From: an uncultured Alphaproteobacteria bacterium
GTDB taxonomy: Bacteria; Pseudomonadota; Alphaproteobacteria; Rs-D84
NCBI GenBank assembly: GCA_905233975.1
Contig: CAJOGD010000001.1
Coordinates: 86,263-150,262 of the forward strand
DNA length: 64,000 bases
Reading direction: 5' to 3'
The notes under the pieces are model-generated. The model saw only the letters and a program-made list of their open reading frames with translations. It was not told where the DNA came from and made no database searches. A program made the position numbers and the translations under genes. The first letter of the stretch is position 1. Each line of letters begins with the position of its first letter. This document shows positions 37,882 through 50,441 of the stretch, one piece after another.

Positions 37882-38988
37882 TTATTGATTTTGCGGGATA
37901 TAAACGCTGTCATTATACATCGTATCCGACCAATCTTCTTCCACCGGCGTGGCGAGTGGATACCAAACCGTCACCGGTGTACCGGCGGCATACTGCGCCG
38001 CAAAGTATGATTTTAAATCGTCAATCGCGGAAGCATCGTTACTTTCCCACCTAACAGCAAAATACGCCCCACCCACCGCAATGGTACCCTGTACATTATT
38101 ATCCCAATTTGCATCGCTAGCAACACACCGCCCCCTGACAAAATGCGACGTTATCAATGGTAACAACTGGTTATATGCTGTACCAATGTTTGCCATGTTA
38201 TTAAATGCATAAGCGTTATCGATATATAGTGCGGGATACCCACCAAAACTACCAACATGCCACCATTCCGTCCCATCAAGCACCTTTACACCAACGCGTC
38301 TTGTGATTTTATGTGTCGCAGCGTCATATGAATCTTTGTATGTATCGTCGATTTTTCGCAGGATCATTTCGCCCTGCTGAAAAAATTTTGGGTAAATTGG
38401 ATTCGTTGGCGTTGGTGCCCCATCTTGGACAACGGTACCGATGGCCGAAACATATTGTTTCAGTATTCCATTATTATGAATCGAATAAACCCAACAAAGG
38501 TTTGTATCGGGTTTGAATTCGGAACATATGAATTCACTATCAAGACCATTCTTTAATGCCGCATTAAATGTCTTTGCGTCAATCAGGTTGTCGGATTGTT
38601 CCGCATACGATTCGGTTGTTTGATATATTCCTTTCTGCCCTATTCCGCCGGGTTGGCCTGTGTATGTGACCGCCGTATGATCGTTGACCGGGCCGATGTC
38701 GTCCTGTTTCTGATTTAATTTTGTATTTACGCCGCCGACCATGGGAAGTGATGTGTCGGACGTGTCACTGCCCAAATCGGATTTAACTGTGCGTTTTTGG
38801 ACGTCCCCGGCTGTATTAGTGTATTCCATGGCCTTGTTTTGTTCCGCGGTAAATTTGTTTTGGCGTGTATCCAATTCATGTTCGACGTATTTCAACGACG
38901 TTGCCGTCTTGCGATCCGCCGCTTCTTCCGCCACCGCCGGCATTATGGCCGCAATTAATCCGAACAACAAAAACTTTTTCAAAAACAT
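37882..38988 (-). CDS. secreted protein, paralog family A copy 2
   Basis: Signal peptide MFLKKFLLFGLIAAIMPAVA-EEA. Conserved N-terminal 160 aa and internal ITRRVGVKVLDGTE and PTPTNPIYP blocks shared with 3299..4366. C-terminus ends VYIPQNQ in both. Confidence 0.7.
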   Translation of the reverse strand: MFLKKFLLFGLIAAIMPAVAEEAADRKTATSLKYVEHELDTRQNKFTAEQNKAMEYTNTAGDVQKRTVKSDLGSDTSDTSLPMVGGVNTKLNQKQDDIGPVNDHTAVTYTGQPGGIGQKGIYQTTESYAEQSDNLIDAKTFNAALKNGLDSEFICSEFKPDTNLCWVYSIHNNGILKQYVSAIGTVVQDGAPTPTNPIYPKFFQQGEMILRKIDDTYKDSYDAATHKITRRVGVKVLDGTEWWHVGSFGGYPALYIDNAYAFNNMANIGTAYNQLLPLITSHFVRGRCVASDANWDNNVQGTIAVGGAYFAVRWESNDASAIDDLKSYFAAQYAAGTPVTVWYPLATPVEEDWSDTMYNDSVYIPQNQ

Positions 38989-39013
38989 TTTTCTCCCCTT
39001 TTTTCCTTTCTTC

Positions 39014-39152
39014 TCGTCATACCGCCGAAAGGCGGTATCTCCTCAGGCTTCCTGAGAACTGGCCCGCAACGGTTCCGACGGGATTCCGCTTGAAATCACC
39101 CACAAAAAACGCTGCGCGTTTTTCGCGGGGCCCGATACCGCGGAATGACGGC
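39014..39152 (-). promoter_or_regulatory. structured 5-prime leader element, copy 2 (same architecture as 4391..4487 with a larger first hairpin)
   Basis: CGUCAU..AUGACG closing helix, CUCAGG-AAG-CCUGAG hairpin, and ACCGCC-UUUC-GGCGGU hairpin covarying with copy 1. Confidence 0.5.
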
Positions 39153-39195
39153 GCTAACTACTGACCACTAACAAAAACACCACCGAAACGTTTCA

Positions 39196-39368
39196 AGTGG
39201 TTGGAGGTTCAGAACAATTTGAGTTGAAATTGTGTGCTTATTTTATCGAACAAATCCGATATTATTCGCAACCCTCCAACCAATTCTGGTTGGAGTACTT
39301 TTCACCACATAGATATGGCGCAACTCAAAAGGGTTCTGACACCCCGCCGGCGAAACACTCACCGACGC
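39196..39368. promoter_or_regulatory. conserved distal leader box, copy 2
   Basis: agtggttggagg..ccctccaacca..ggttggag hairpin and the caccccgccggcgaaacactcaccgac box. Confidence 0.4.
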
Positions 39369-39503
39369 AAATATTCTATCAAAAATCACAAATAAAACAC
39401 AAGCAATTTTTGCGCCCTATCGACACAACACATCAACATTCGGACAAAATCCCGCCCAATTACTATTTGAACATTGCCCAAAAATAGTGTATAATTATTC
39501 GTC

Positions 39504-40070
39504 ATGAAAAAAATCGCGATTGTTTCAGTTATTGCAATATTCTGCGGCGTTCCGGTGTTTGCGGCGGCGACGCGTAATACATTTACGGGTTATTACAAGA
39601 ATCAAATCGCATTTAATTTTGGCCAAGGTATCGACAGTGGTTTCCTTTTGCCGCCTCCGTTAAAGCCGGTTCCTTTTTATCTGTTCAGTTTGCAATATTC
39701 CCAGCCGACAACTTTCTTTAGTTTGCCGGCGCGTCAATCGTTAAGTGTCGGTCAAACAATCGGCTTTGGTTCCAAATACGGTTGGGACTGGGACAAATAC
39801 ACAATTCCAATGGTAATGCTTTCTGGCGACGTGCGCCTTTCGGAATATAAAAACCTCTACGTCGCGGCCGGCGCCGGTGTCGGCATGCAGGCACAACAAA
39901 ACGAAAGACTTGGTGCGAAACTTTTATTCCAATTCAAAATAATTGCCGGCTATCATCTCAATAATAATTGGGGACTGGAATTATTTATGCACCATTTTTC
40001 AAACGGAAATACCGCCCCGCAAAATTATTCCTATGCATTCTATGGCCTGGGCATGACGTATAGTTTTTAA
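39504..40070 (+). CDS. PagL-like lipid A 3-O-deacylase (outer-membrane beta-barrel)
   Basis: Signal peptide, 188 aa, and an HHFSNGN motif matching the PagL His-Ser catalytic site. Confidence 0.55.
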   Translation: MKKIAIVSVIAIFCGVPVFAAATRNTFTGYYKNQIAFNFGQGIDSGFLLPPPLKPVPFYLFSLQYSQPTTFFSLPARQSLSVGQTIGFGSKYGWDWDKYTIPMVMLSGDVRLSEYKNLYVAAGAGVGMQAQQNERLGAKLLFQFKIIAGYHLNNNWGLELFMHHFSNGNTAPQNYSYAFYGLGMTYSF

Positions 40071-40736
40071 CTACCACTCAATCGCCCGCCCGCCATGCGC
40101 AACGATGTATTCATTTGCCATTGAAAAATGTTTGCATCCGAAAAATCCGCGATATGCCGAAAGCGGCGATGGGTGCGCGCTTTTCAAAACCAGATTGCGC
40201 GACGCATCAACAAATTCCGCCTTGCGTTGCGCATATGAACCCCACAGCATATAAACCAAACCGTCGCGCGCGGATAATGCGCGAATCACCGCGTCGGTAA
40301 ACAGTTCCCAACCGCGACCCGCATGCGATGCCGCCAAATGCGCCGCAACCGTAAGCGTGGAATTAAGCAACAATACACCCTGACGCGCCCACGATGTCAA
40401 ATCGCCATGCGTCGCGCTGGGGCGGCCAATATCCGATTCGATTTCTTTATAAATGTTCACCAGTGACGGCGGCGGCGTAATTCCGTCCGGCACAGAAAAA
40501 CACAGCCCATGCGCCTGGCCAGGTTCATGATACGGGTCTTGACCAATAATCACAACGCGCACAGAATCAAACGGACACAAATCAAACGCGTTAAAAATAT
40601 TTTTTGCCGCCGGGTAAATTTGTTTCCCCGCCATATATTCCGCGCGAACAAAATCCGTCAGTTTGATAAAATAGTCTTTATCAAATTCGGGCGCCAACAC
40701 CCGCTTCCAAGATTCTTCTATTTTTACATCGACCAT
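40071..40736 (-). CDS. ung: uracil-DNA glycosylase
   Basis: GQDPYH and HPSPLS motifs; 221 aa. Confidence 0.85.
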   Translation of the reverse strand: MVDVKIEESWKRVLAPEFDKDYFIKLTDFVRAEYMAGKQIYPAAKNIFNAFDLCPFDSVRVVIIGQDPYHEPGQAHGLCFSVPDGITPPPSLVNIYKEIESDIGRPSATHGDLTSWARQGVLLLNSTLTVAAHLAASHAGRGWELFTDAVIRALSARDGLVYMLWGSYAQRKAEFVDASRNLVLKSAHPSPLSAYRGFFGCKHFSMANEYIVAHGGRAIEW

Positions 40737-40746
40737 TGTTCACTCC

Positions 40747-41376
40747 CTATAATTTTATCAACCCTATTTGCGCCGATTTCCACAGAACAACATCAATGTA
40801 TCCGCGGGGCAACCCGGTTTCCGAAACCAAATGCGCAAACATATCATCACAGGCCGCTTTTATTTCCGGTGTCAAATCGTCCATACGGCGGATTCCGGCG
40901 TATAGCGCGCCCAGGCGTCGAATCCAAACATCATATTTAACCACGTCAACGCCCAAATTCCGCGCCAAATGATTCGCGGTTATTTTTCCAATATGCGGCA
41001 ATTTTGATAAATAATCTATTTTTTCCGAATCCGTCGCGCAATTATAAAACCCATCGCAAAACTGCGCACGATTTTCCCAGATTTTACAAATCGCATTTAC
41101 TTTATTTTTGTTATGAAACATTTGAAACAGCGCGTCAAAATCCGCACCATTTTTATAAATATATTCCATTATGTTTTTATGAATCCGCTTTGCGGTTTTC
41201 TGGGAAAATCCGCCCGCCAAAATCACATAGGCGCACATAGTCGCAAATTCGTCGGCCGTAAAAGTGCGCGGATTCGCCAACATCTCACGAATCCCATCAA
41301 AAGATTGGGCGTCACTGTCCGCGCCCAAATCTTTTATTTTCTTTTCCAAATCAAAAAACCATTCCGCAGTGAACAT
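40747..41376 (-). CDS. HhH-GPD superfamily DNA glycosylase (3-methyladenine glycosylase-like)
   Basis: HhH motif LPHIGKITANHLARNLG; 209 aa. Confidence 0.45.
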   Translation of the reverse strand: MFTAEWFFDLEKKIKDLGADSDAQSFDGIREMLANPRTFTADEFATMCAYVILAGGFSQKTAKRIHKNIMEYIYKNGADFDALFQMFHNKNKVNAICKIWENRAQFCDGFYNCATDSEKIDYLSKLPHIGKITANHLARNLGVDVVKYDVWIRRLGALYAGIRRMDDLTPEIKAACDDMFAHLVSETGLPRGYIDVVLWKSAQIGLIKL

Positions 41377-41378
41377 TT

Positions 41379-42050
41379 CTAGCGCCCCATATTACGTCCA
41401 TATCCCAAAGTCGCAACATCTGGTCCAAACGAAGGCAACCGAACAATTTGTCCATTTTCATTTTGCGTATAAACATTATCTATTCGATAAACATCCTTGC
41501 CGTCACAAAAAACAAAATTAAAATTTCCACCGGTCAACAAACAACCGCAAACCATAACATTTTGCAACCACGTCTTTCGACGCATACCAAAGTAACCCCG
41601 CATATCACTAAGTGAAAAATTCAGATAATATTTACCATGTTGCGGATGCGAATGGCCATGCGCCACAACTTTATTTTCTTGCTTTTTTGCCCCCAGGCCA
41701 AAATCAAAAACTTTCTGTTGCAAATCGCGCGAAAAATTGGCTTCGTCTGGATTATCCCCGTCACTAACATCTGCATACACAGAATCAAAAACAAAAACGC
41801 TATTATTGTAATCGCCAAACAACAGGAAAGGTACCTCGGCCCCACGCACATTTGTGCCATCTATAATTATTTTCAAAGTTTCATATACATTGTTTGTTAA
41901 GATAACTTTTCTATCGGAATCCAAATGCGGCAGTTGCGTATTATCAACAACACTATTTTCCCCAGCATGTAAAATAATACGTGACTGCATTTGGGCCAAA
42001 CCCTGCAAACCTGCGGCCGCTTCATTAAGAACAGACGTTTGATCAACCAT
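41379..42050 (-). CDS. metallophosphoesterase-family protein
   Basis: GDYNN..GDNPDE and VVAHGHSH fit a calcineurin-like phosphoesterase signature. Confidence 0.4.
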   Translation of the reverse strand: MVDQTSVLNEAAAGLQGLAQMQSRIILHAGENSVVDNTQLPHLDSDRKVILTNNVYETLKIIIDGTNVRGAEVPFLLFGDYNNSVFVFDSVYADVSDGDNPDEANFSRDLQQKVFDFGLGAKKQENKVVAHGHSHPQHGKYYLNFSLSDMRGYFGMRRKTWLQNVMVCGCLLTGGNFNFVFCDGKDVYRIDNVYTQNENGQIVRLPSFGPDVATLGYGRNMGR

Positions 42051-42052
42051 TT

Positions 42053-42448
42053 TTAATATTTTTCTTTAAACGGAGACCGGCCAATAGGCAACCCTTGTCT
42101 CCCCGCCAAAATACCCATTGCTTCTGTAAAAGCATCTTGTGACAAAGACTCTGTTTGTTCTTTACGACAAGTTTCCAATTTTTGCCTCAATGCATTTACA
42201 TATGCCTGTCGATTAGCAAACTTGTAATAATCTATAGATGTAAATTCCTGCGCCAAATCATTTGGAACTTTTTCAGATTTTGTGATCTGACGCCCAAACT
42301 CCTCCAACGCGCCACGAAAAAAAGGTTCCGATATATCATCTGCTTTAAGCAAAGCTTCCAACAAAGCTATCTTTTTTTCTATAAAATCCAACGCAACCTT
42401 GGGATAAGCCACAGCGGTGCTATCTTTTTCATTTTTAACCATTGGCAT
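42053..42448 (-). CDS. hypothetical protein (131 aa)
   Basis: ORF in the gyrB-ung operon with no recognisable motif. Confidence 0.4.
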   Translation of the reverse strand: MPMVKNEKDSTAVAYPKVALDFIEKKIALLEALLKADDISEPFFRGALEEFGRQITKSEKVPNDLAQEFTSIDYYKFANRQAYVNALRQKLETCRKEQTESLSQDAFTEAMGILAGRQGLPIGRSPFKEKY

Positions 42449-42468
42449 TATATCTCTCCTTTTGTTTA

Positions 42469-44913
<2,445 letters not shown>

Positions 44914-44957
44914 CTATAATTGTCAAAGAAAAAGGCAAAAAATAAAGGAAAAAAGAA

Positions 44958-45212
44958 ATGGCAGAAATATACACAAAAGATGATTATTTAACCCCAACGG
45001 AATATGCAAAAAGATATAATGTCCCTGTGGCTAATGTCATAGCCGCCGTCGAAAGGGCGCGACGCAATCATGCCTCTATATCTCGGGAACGTGGTGGTGG
45101 CAAACAAGAAATTATCATAACCAACAAAGGCCGTTATCGTATTCGTCCAGAAGAAGCGGCGCACACAACACTAAATACAATCATTGAACAAATGAAAGGA
45201 CATCAACAATGA
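44958..45212 (+). CDS. small putative DNA-binding protein (84 aa, HTH-like LTPTEYAKRYNVPVANVIAAVERA)
   Basis: Lies divergent from gyrB and is translationally coupled to the next ORF by an ATGA overlap. Confidence 0.45.
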   Translation: MAEIYTKDDYLTPTEYAKRYNVPVANVIAAVERARRNHASISRERGGGKQEIIITNKGRYRIRPEEAAHTTLNTIIEQMKGHQQ

Positions 45213-45781
45213 AATTCAAATTATTATATTTTGGCGAAATCTTGATTAATCCAAAAAAACGCGCCCAGCATATATCTGATATACGTATGCAGTTTCACCC
45301 GCAATTAAAAAAATTACTTGAACACCAACCATGGAATAACCTGACCCAATACATGGGACCGAATGCCCAGAAAAGTCCGATTATAACCCGCCATGTCGGT
45401 GGCATAGATTGGAATCCGATTATCACACCGAAACTAAAACTGATTGCGGAATTGGATATTCAAATGCTGCACCCGGAAATTATCGGTGTTCCGCGTTCGG
45501 ATATCGACAACCGTATGAAGACATTGTTCGACGGCCTGCGTTGTCCGCAAAACGAACACGAAATCGGCCAAAATGTCCCACGCGACATCGGCCCGATTTA
45601 TACACTGCTGGACGACGACCATTTGATTACCAAGGTGTCCGTTAACACAAGCCACTTGCTATCAACCCACATGTTCGATCCCGAACTTGTGGTGTCCAGT
45701 CCGGATTGCGTTTTCCTGATGATAGACGTGAACCTGCGTGTTGCCGAAGGCACATTGGAAAACCTGCCCTTTATGGTGTGA
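45209..45781 (+). CDS. hypothetical protein (190 aa), partner of the 84-aa protein
   Basis: Soluble protein with no recognised motif. Its 4-nt overlap with the upstream ORF indicates an operon. Confidence 0.45.
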   Translation: MKFKLLYFGEILINPKKRAQHISDIRMQFHPQLKKLLEHQPWNNLTQYMGPNAQKSPIITRHVGGIDWNPIITPKLKLIAELDIQMLHPEIIGVPRSDIDNRMKTLFDGLRCPQNEHEIGQNVPRDIGPIYTLLDDDHLITKVSVNTSHLLSTHMFDPELVVSSPDCVFLMIDVNLRVAEGTLENLPFMV

Positions 45782-45904
45782 TGATATCATTACGCTTCTG
45801 AAACAAATTTGGAATTAAAAAACAATTTTTCGTCATTGCGGTTTGCGAACTGAATCTGCAGTGACGATTACTGTTTATGAAAAATTTACCAAGACAATAA
45901 AACT

Positions 45905-46033
45905 TTATTTTTTGCCTTTCATCGCTTCCGCGGACAGCATGCTAACCAATCCGACGAATTCTTCGGGCGATATTTTATAGTCCGGATTTTTTGCAAAAAA
46001 CTCTAAAACAGCGGTATATAACGGTTTTTCCAT
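45905..46033 (-). CDS. small protein (42 aa) MEKPLYTAVLEFFAKNPDYKISPEEFVGLVSMLSAEAMKGKK
   Basis: Hand-translated ORF with GGAG 5 nt upstream of the ATG. It is the last gene of the minus-strand pil-like operon. Confidence 0.35.
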   Translation of the reverse strand: MEKPLYTAVLEFFAKNPDYKISPEEFVGLVSMLSAEAMKGKK

Positions 46034-46101
46034 AGGAATCTCCTCTATGCATTCCAGTTATACAAGAAACGCACAGAAAAATCAAGATGATTAAACATTC
46101 A

Positions 46102-47004
46102 TTATTTACCGCGACACAATCCTAACTGTTTACGAAGTCGATCGTTTTCGTCAAAAAGTTCCCCACACACATCCAACAAATCTTCATATGTTACAACCGT
46201 TGGTTCCGGTACGCGTCGCATTGCTTGTCTTTCTTTTTTCTCTGCGATTTCTTTCTGTCTGGCTTCTTCTAACCTTTGGTTCGTCTTGGCCAATAACCCC
46301 GCCGTATATTCGACCATATCCACCGGTCTTCCATTGGAATCATGATACTGCTGAGAAGATATAAAGCTATTCCTGTGGTTCAACATTTTGTCATATAAAG
46401 ATTGCAATTCGCCAACCGAAAGACGTATATCCGGCATGCCCGCTATTCTTGCATAGCAAATGAATTTTTCTTGAAATTTTGTATTATCTGCAATCTTAAA
46501 CAATAATCTTTTCTTTTTATATCCATCTGTTATACGCAAACGACCATCACTGGTCCCATACAAAAATTGCTGACAAACCCTGGCAAAATGCGTTTCATGT
46601 CCACTACGTTCAATCTGTGGAAACTTTTTCCATTCACTTAATAAATAGAATAATTTTCTCTGGCCAACCCTATCATTCGGATTATTCAATATCATTAATA
46701 TATGACGCATATCTTCGACAGCATCTGTATTACCGATGGTAATGTTATGTTCATTAACCCGAGTCTTGCCCATCAACAACGCCGTCAATATGTCATAAGA
46801 CACTTTCCCTTTGTCCAAATGCGTTATATTTTTATAAAGTTCGTCCGCAATGTTCACTTTTTTTTCACTAATATACAAATTATAAATATCCGTTGTTCCA
46901 AGATTTTTTATAAACCATTCAAACGCCATTGGGGGAATTCCCAACGCAAATGTCAACAGGTCATATAATATGGGCTTTGGATTTTTGAATTCATAACGTT
47001 CCAT
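46102..47004 (-). CDS. hypothetical protein (300 aa), AT-rich, downstream member of the pil-like operon
   Basis: No TM segment and no recognised motif. Lies 45 nt downstream of the platform gene on the same strand. Confidence 0.5.
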   Translation of the reverse strand: MERYEFKNPKPILYDLLTFALGIPPMAFEWFIKNLGTTDIYNLYISEKKVNIADELYKNITHLDKGKVSYDILTALLMGKTRVNEHNITIGNTDAVEDMRHILMILNNPNDRVGQRKLFYLLSEWKKFPQIERSGHETHFARVCQQFLYGTSDGRLRITDGYKKKRLLFKIADNTKFQEKFICYARIAGMPDIRLSVGELQSLYDKMLNHRNSFISSQQYHDSNGRPVDMVEYTAGLLAKTNQRLEEARQKEIAEKKERQAMRRVPEPTVVTYEDLLDVCGELFDENDRLRKQLGLCRGK

Positions 47005-47049
47005 GATAAAACTCCATTTGTCGTATTTGATTATATCATATTTTTTTAA

Positions 47050-48120
47050 CTATGACAAGAACGCGGTGATTTGATCTTGCATTTGAAACGTGCCCAAAAC
47101 GACCCACGCAATCACGCCCGATATTAACAATATGCCAACCGTATTTAACGCGTCCGACACAGATTCAATTCTCCTTACCGAATCTTCCAAATATTCATTT
47201 GAAATATGCGACAGGTTTTCATCAAAATCATTCATATCTGAATACACCGACAAATCGCCAATCAATTCTTGGTTTGGAAAATCCATTCCTGTATTTTGCA
47301 ATGCGTTCCCAAGGTTATCGCCGTTCGCAATATGTCGTAATGTTCGATCCAAAATATCACGCAAATATTTATTCGCATTGTCCGCAATAACACGCATCGC
47401 GTCCGGAATCGAAACGCCCGCAGAAACCATTGCGGCCAACGACATCATCCAACCAACCGACACACGAATTTTATAAATACTCCATGGTGGTAATTTATCA
47501 AAGGTCGCACGCAAACGCCCCGACCACACCGGCAAAGAAAGCCATATCAAACCTATGACAACAACCAACACAAACGCCATAAATTTCCAATACTTTCCAA
47601 CCCAACTTGACAACCATATCAATGACGACGCCCCACCCGTCCAAACCATATTATCGCCCGCAATTTCGGCCAACGGCGGAACCAGGTAAATACCAACCAT
47701 CACAATTATACCCAACACCAACACAAACAATAATAACGGATATGCAATCGCACTGAACACCGCGCGACTAATTCTTTTTGTTGCGACAACAATACGACCA
47801 ACATTTTCAAGCGCGACAATCAAACTTGACATATTACTTGACGTCAGCAGCAATGTTTCTTCGGTTGGAATCCACCCACGTGTGGCCTCGGCAAAACTTA
47901 AACCTTTTTCCAAATTTTTTTCCCATTCGCGCATGCATATTGCAAACGGTTCGTTCGGTTTTGCACCACCATGCGATTCCGTCATTTGAAGTCTGTTTAA
48001 CGCATTCACCAAAGTGAAATCGTTTTTAAGCAATGATACCAACTTGCGCCAAATTGCAATACGCTTGTCCGTACTAAATCGACAGACCATTTTTGCATAA
48101 AATATTTCAACACTTGTCAT
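47050..48120 (-). CDS. type II secretion / type IV pilus inner-membrane platform protein (GspF/PilC/PilR-like)
   Basis: 356 aa. A cytoplasmic N-domain is followed by 3 TM segments with a duplicated-domain pattern. Sits 2 nt after the ATPase gene. Confidence 0.65.
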   Translation of the reverse strand: MTSVEIFYAKMVCRFSTDKRIAIWRKLVSLLKNDFTLVNALNRLQMTESHGGAKPNEPFAICMREWEKNLEKGLSFAEATRGWIPTEETLLLTSSNMSSLIVALENVGRIVVATKRISRAVFSAIAYPLLLFVLVLGIIVMVGIYLVPPLAEIAGDNMVWTGGASSLIWLSSWVGKYWKFMAFVLVVVIGLIWLSLPVWSGRLRATFDKLPPWSIYKIRVSVGWMMSLAAMVSAGVSIPDAMRVIADNANKYLRDILDRTLRHIANGDNLGNALQNTGMDFPNQELIGDLSVYSDMNDFDENLSHISNEYLEDSVRRIESVSDALNTVGILLISGVIAWVVLGTFQMQDQITAFLS

Positions 48121-48122
48121 TT

Positions 48123-49745
48123 TTAATAAACCCCTGGCCTATCCAATAACCCGACCCAGCGTTCCAATTCATCAACACCAATGATACCTTGCAACATCAA
48201 CGAACACGCCGCTTCTTTTAGTGTGCGACCGTCCATTTCTTCCAACCAATACTTTACCGCCGCATCTGTATCCCCGGCGAGTGCAAGTTTCAAAAAATCA
48301 CTGTTTGTTATAATTATTTCGCCGGCCTTGATACGTCCCATTGTTCCCGTTCCATTACAATGTTCACAACCCTTGCCACGAACATAAACCTGATTTAAAC
48401 CCAAATCACCAAACGCATCTTTGACACGACCATATTCCGCATATTCCGTATGATTAATCAGCCGTTCCCGACAATGCGGACAAAGACGTTTAAACAAACG
48501 CATGGAAACAAGTCCGCGCATCATCGTTTCTTCTTTTAACTTAAACGCTTCGACCCCCATATCAAGCAATCGCACCAACGCCGCCATCGCAGAATTCGCA
48601 TGCAACGTCGTCCAAACATTATGCCCCGACAACGCACCTTTGACCGTAAGTTGCGCGGCGGCCAGTGTTCGAATTTCCCCGACCATCAATGTGTCGGGGT
48701 CACTGCGTAATGCGGCGGCCAACGCTTCGGTGTATTCGTTTTCACGTTGTTCTTCGTTGGCGGTATTTATAACCGGAATTTGATGTGCACCAAAAATTTT
48801 CTGTTCCACCGGATCTTCAACCGTAATAAGGTTTATTTCATAATGATGTTCTTTTAACATCAAAACCATATTACGAACAAGTGTTGTTGATTTACCGGAA
48901 CTTGTCGGTCCCGCAACCACAACCAATCCCGTCGGGAAAGAACGCAGCCGATGCAATAATTTTTGTTCGTATTTTCCAAATTCTTGTTCGGTTGTAATGC
49001 TTTCAGACGGATTATCATACAACAATCGCATAACAACATACCGCGAACCGAACGCAACCGGATTAAATTGCATACGAATACTTAACACACCTTGGGGCAA
49101 ATACAAATCCTTGGTCCCGCGCAACGGTGTTCGCCCATCTTTTTGTGCCGATTGATATTCGTTTTGCGCATAGTTTGAATTAGAAATATCGGCGGACGCA
49201 AACGCGGCACGAACAAAAGATTCGCCCCACCCCGAATTAAATTCCAACACCGGTTGCATACTGCCATCTATACGAAAATAAATTGTTGTTTGGTCTGCAA
49301 CCTCTATATGAATATCAGAAACCTTTTGTGCGGCGGCCTTGGCCACAATATCGATAAAATCTTTTTGCATTTGGTTGTTGTAATCAACGCGCGCACGCGC
49401 ACCACCAACCTTGTTTTCTTGATGTTTGTATATCGCTGATAACAACCCCAGGTCCGAATAAAACGGCGCCAATATTTTACGATTTTTCTTTTGCAACAAA
49501 TCTAAAAACGCAAGGACACGACCATCATATCGATGTGTCCGCGATATAACAATTCCGCCACCCGAAAAATACGCCAATAACCCCTGGGTTTCCTTGGGCA
49601 GTTCAAATTCAGAACCGTTTGCCGTCAAAAGCCTGTTGTTTTCAGAAAAAAGATATTCAATTATATCGTTCGTATCGGACCGTTCCATTCCAATTGGTAC
49701 GGTCGGCCGTTTATCAAAAACGATATTTCCTGAAACATCTTTCAT
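48123..49745 (-). CDS. type II/IV secretion system assembly ATPase (GspE/PilB/PilQ(R64)-like)
   Basis: Walker A GPTSSGKST, Asp box, His box, and a tetracysteine CPHC..CEHC zinc motif. 540 aa. Confidence 0.8.
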   Translation of the reverse strand: MKDVSGNIVFDKRPTVPIGMERSDTNDIIEYLFSENNRLLTANGSEFELPKETQGLLAYFSGGGIVISRTHRYDGRVLAFLDLLQKKNRKILAPFYSDLGLLSAIYKHQENKVGGARARVDYNNQMQKDFIDIVAKAAAQKVSDIHIEVADQTTIYFRIDGSMQPVLEFNSGWGESFVRAAFASADISNSNYAQNEYQSAQKDGRTPLRGTKDLYLPQGVLSIRMQFNPVAFGSRYVVMRLLYDNPSESITTEQEFGKYEQKLLHRLRSFPTGLVVVAGPTSSGKSTTLVRNMVLMLKEHHYEINLITVEDPVEQKIFGAHQIPVINTANEEQRENEYTEALAAALRSDPDTLMVGEIRTLAAAQLTVKGALSGHNVWTTLHANSAMAALVRLLDMGVEAFKLKEETMMRGLVSMRLFKRLCPHCRERLINHTEYAEYGRVKDAFGDLGLNQVYVRGKGCEHCNGTGTMGRIKAGEIIITNSDFLKLALAGDTDAAVKYWLEEMDGRTLKEAACSLMLQGIIGVDELERWVGLLDRPGVY

Positions 49746-49748
49746 TTC

Positions 49749-50441
49749 TTAATTACCATTCGCAACATTTAATGTTTGTATTTCACCATCTTTGGAAAAC
49801 ACCACACCTTCGTCCAACGATATAGATTTGACCGTATATCCATCAAGTTCTTTGCCAACACTCAATTTTTTATTTTGTCCGTTGGCCAAATCTTGAACGG
49901 TTGCCTGTAATTGCGCGCCGGCACCAAACACATTAATAAGTTTGTATCTTTTTTCTATTTCTTGGGGCAAACTTGGTTGTTCCGGGGCCGCATAAACCGG
50001 CTGCGCGGGCGCATATGTTGCCGCCGGCGCCGGATTCGCCGTTTTATTAGATAACGCTTCGCGTTCGTTTTCCAAACGTTTTGCTTCGTTTTGCAAACGT
50101 GCACGTTCGGTTTCAAATTCTTGCTGTTGTTGTTCGGCACGTCCCGATAAAGTATCGATTTCCATATGCAACTTTATTTTTTCCGCGGCCAATCTATCCA
50201 AATCAAGATTTAATTGCGCGCGTTCCTTTTCCAACTGCATAAGGACTTTTTCTTGTTCCAAATCAGTAATTTGTTGAAACAGCGAACCATTAACATCGTA
50301 ATCTTCGACCGCATTTGCCGAAAAATCTTCATTCGCCGCAAATTCATCGACCCGGACATCTATCACAGAATCGACCGCATAAGACGCAGATGTTATTCCA
50401 AAAACAAAAGCGCACAACAAAAGTTTTATTTTATTTTGCAT
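49749..50441 (-). CDS. secreted coiled-coil protein with a C-terminal beta domain (PilP/GspC-like periplasmic component)
   Basis: Signal peptide MQNKIKLLLCAFVFGITSASYA, a long Gln/Glu/Arg-rich coiled-coil, and a C-terminal ~80 aa domain (KRYKLINVFGAG..). Overlaps the upstream gene by 11 nt. Confidence 0.45.
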   Translation of the reverse strand: MQNKIKLLLCAFVFGITSASYAVDSVIDVRVDEFAANEDFSANAVEDYDVNGSLFQQITDLEQEKVLMQLEKERAQLNLDLDRLAAEKIKLHMEIDTLSGRAEQQQQEFETERARLQNEAKRLENEREALSNKTANPAPAATYAPAQPVYAAPEQPSLPQEIEKRYKLINVFGAGAQLQATVQDLANGQNKKLSVGKELDGYTVKSISLDEGVVFSKDGEIQTLNVANGN

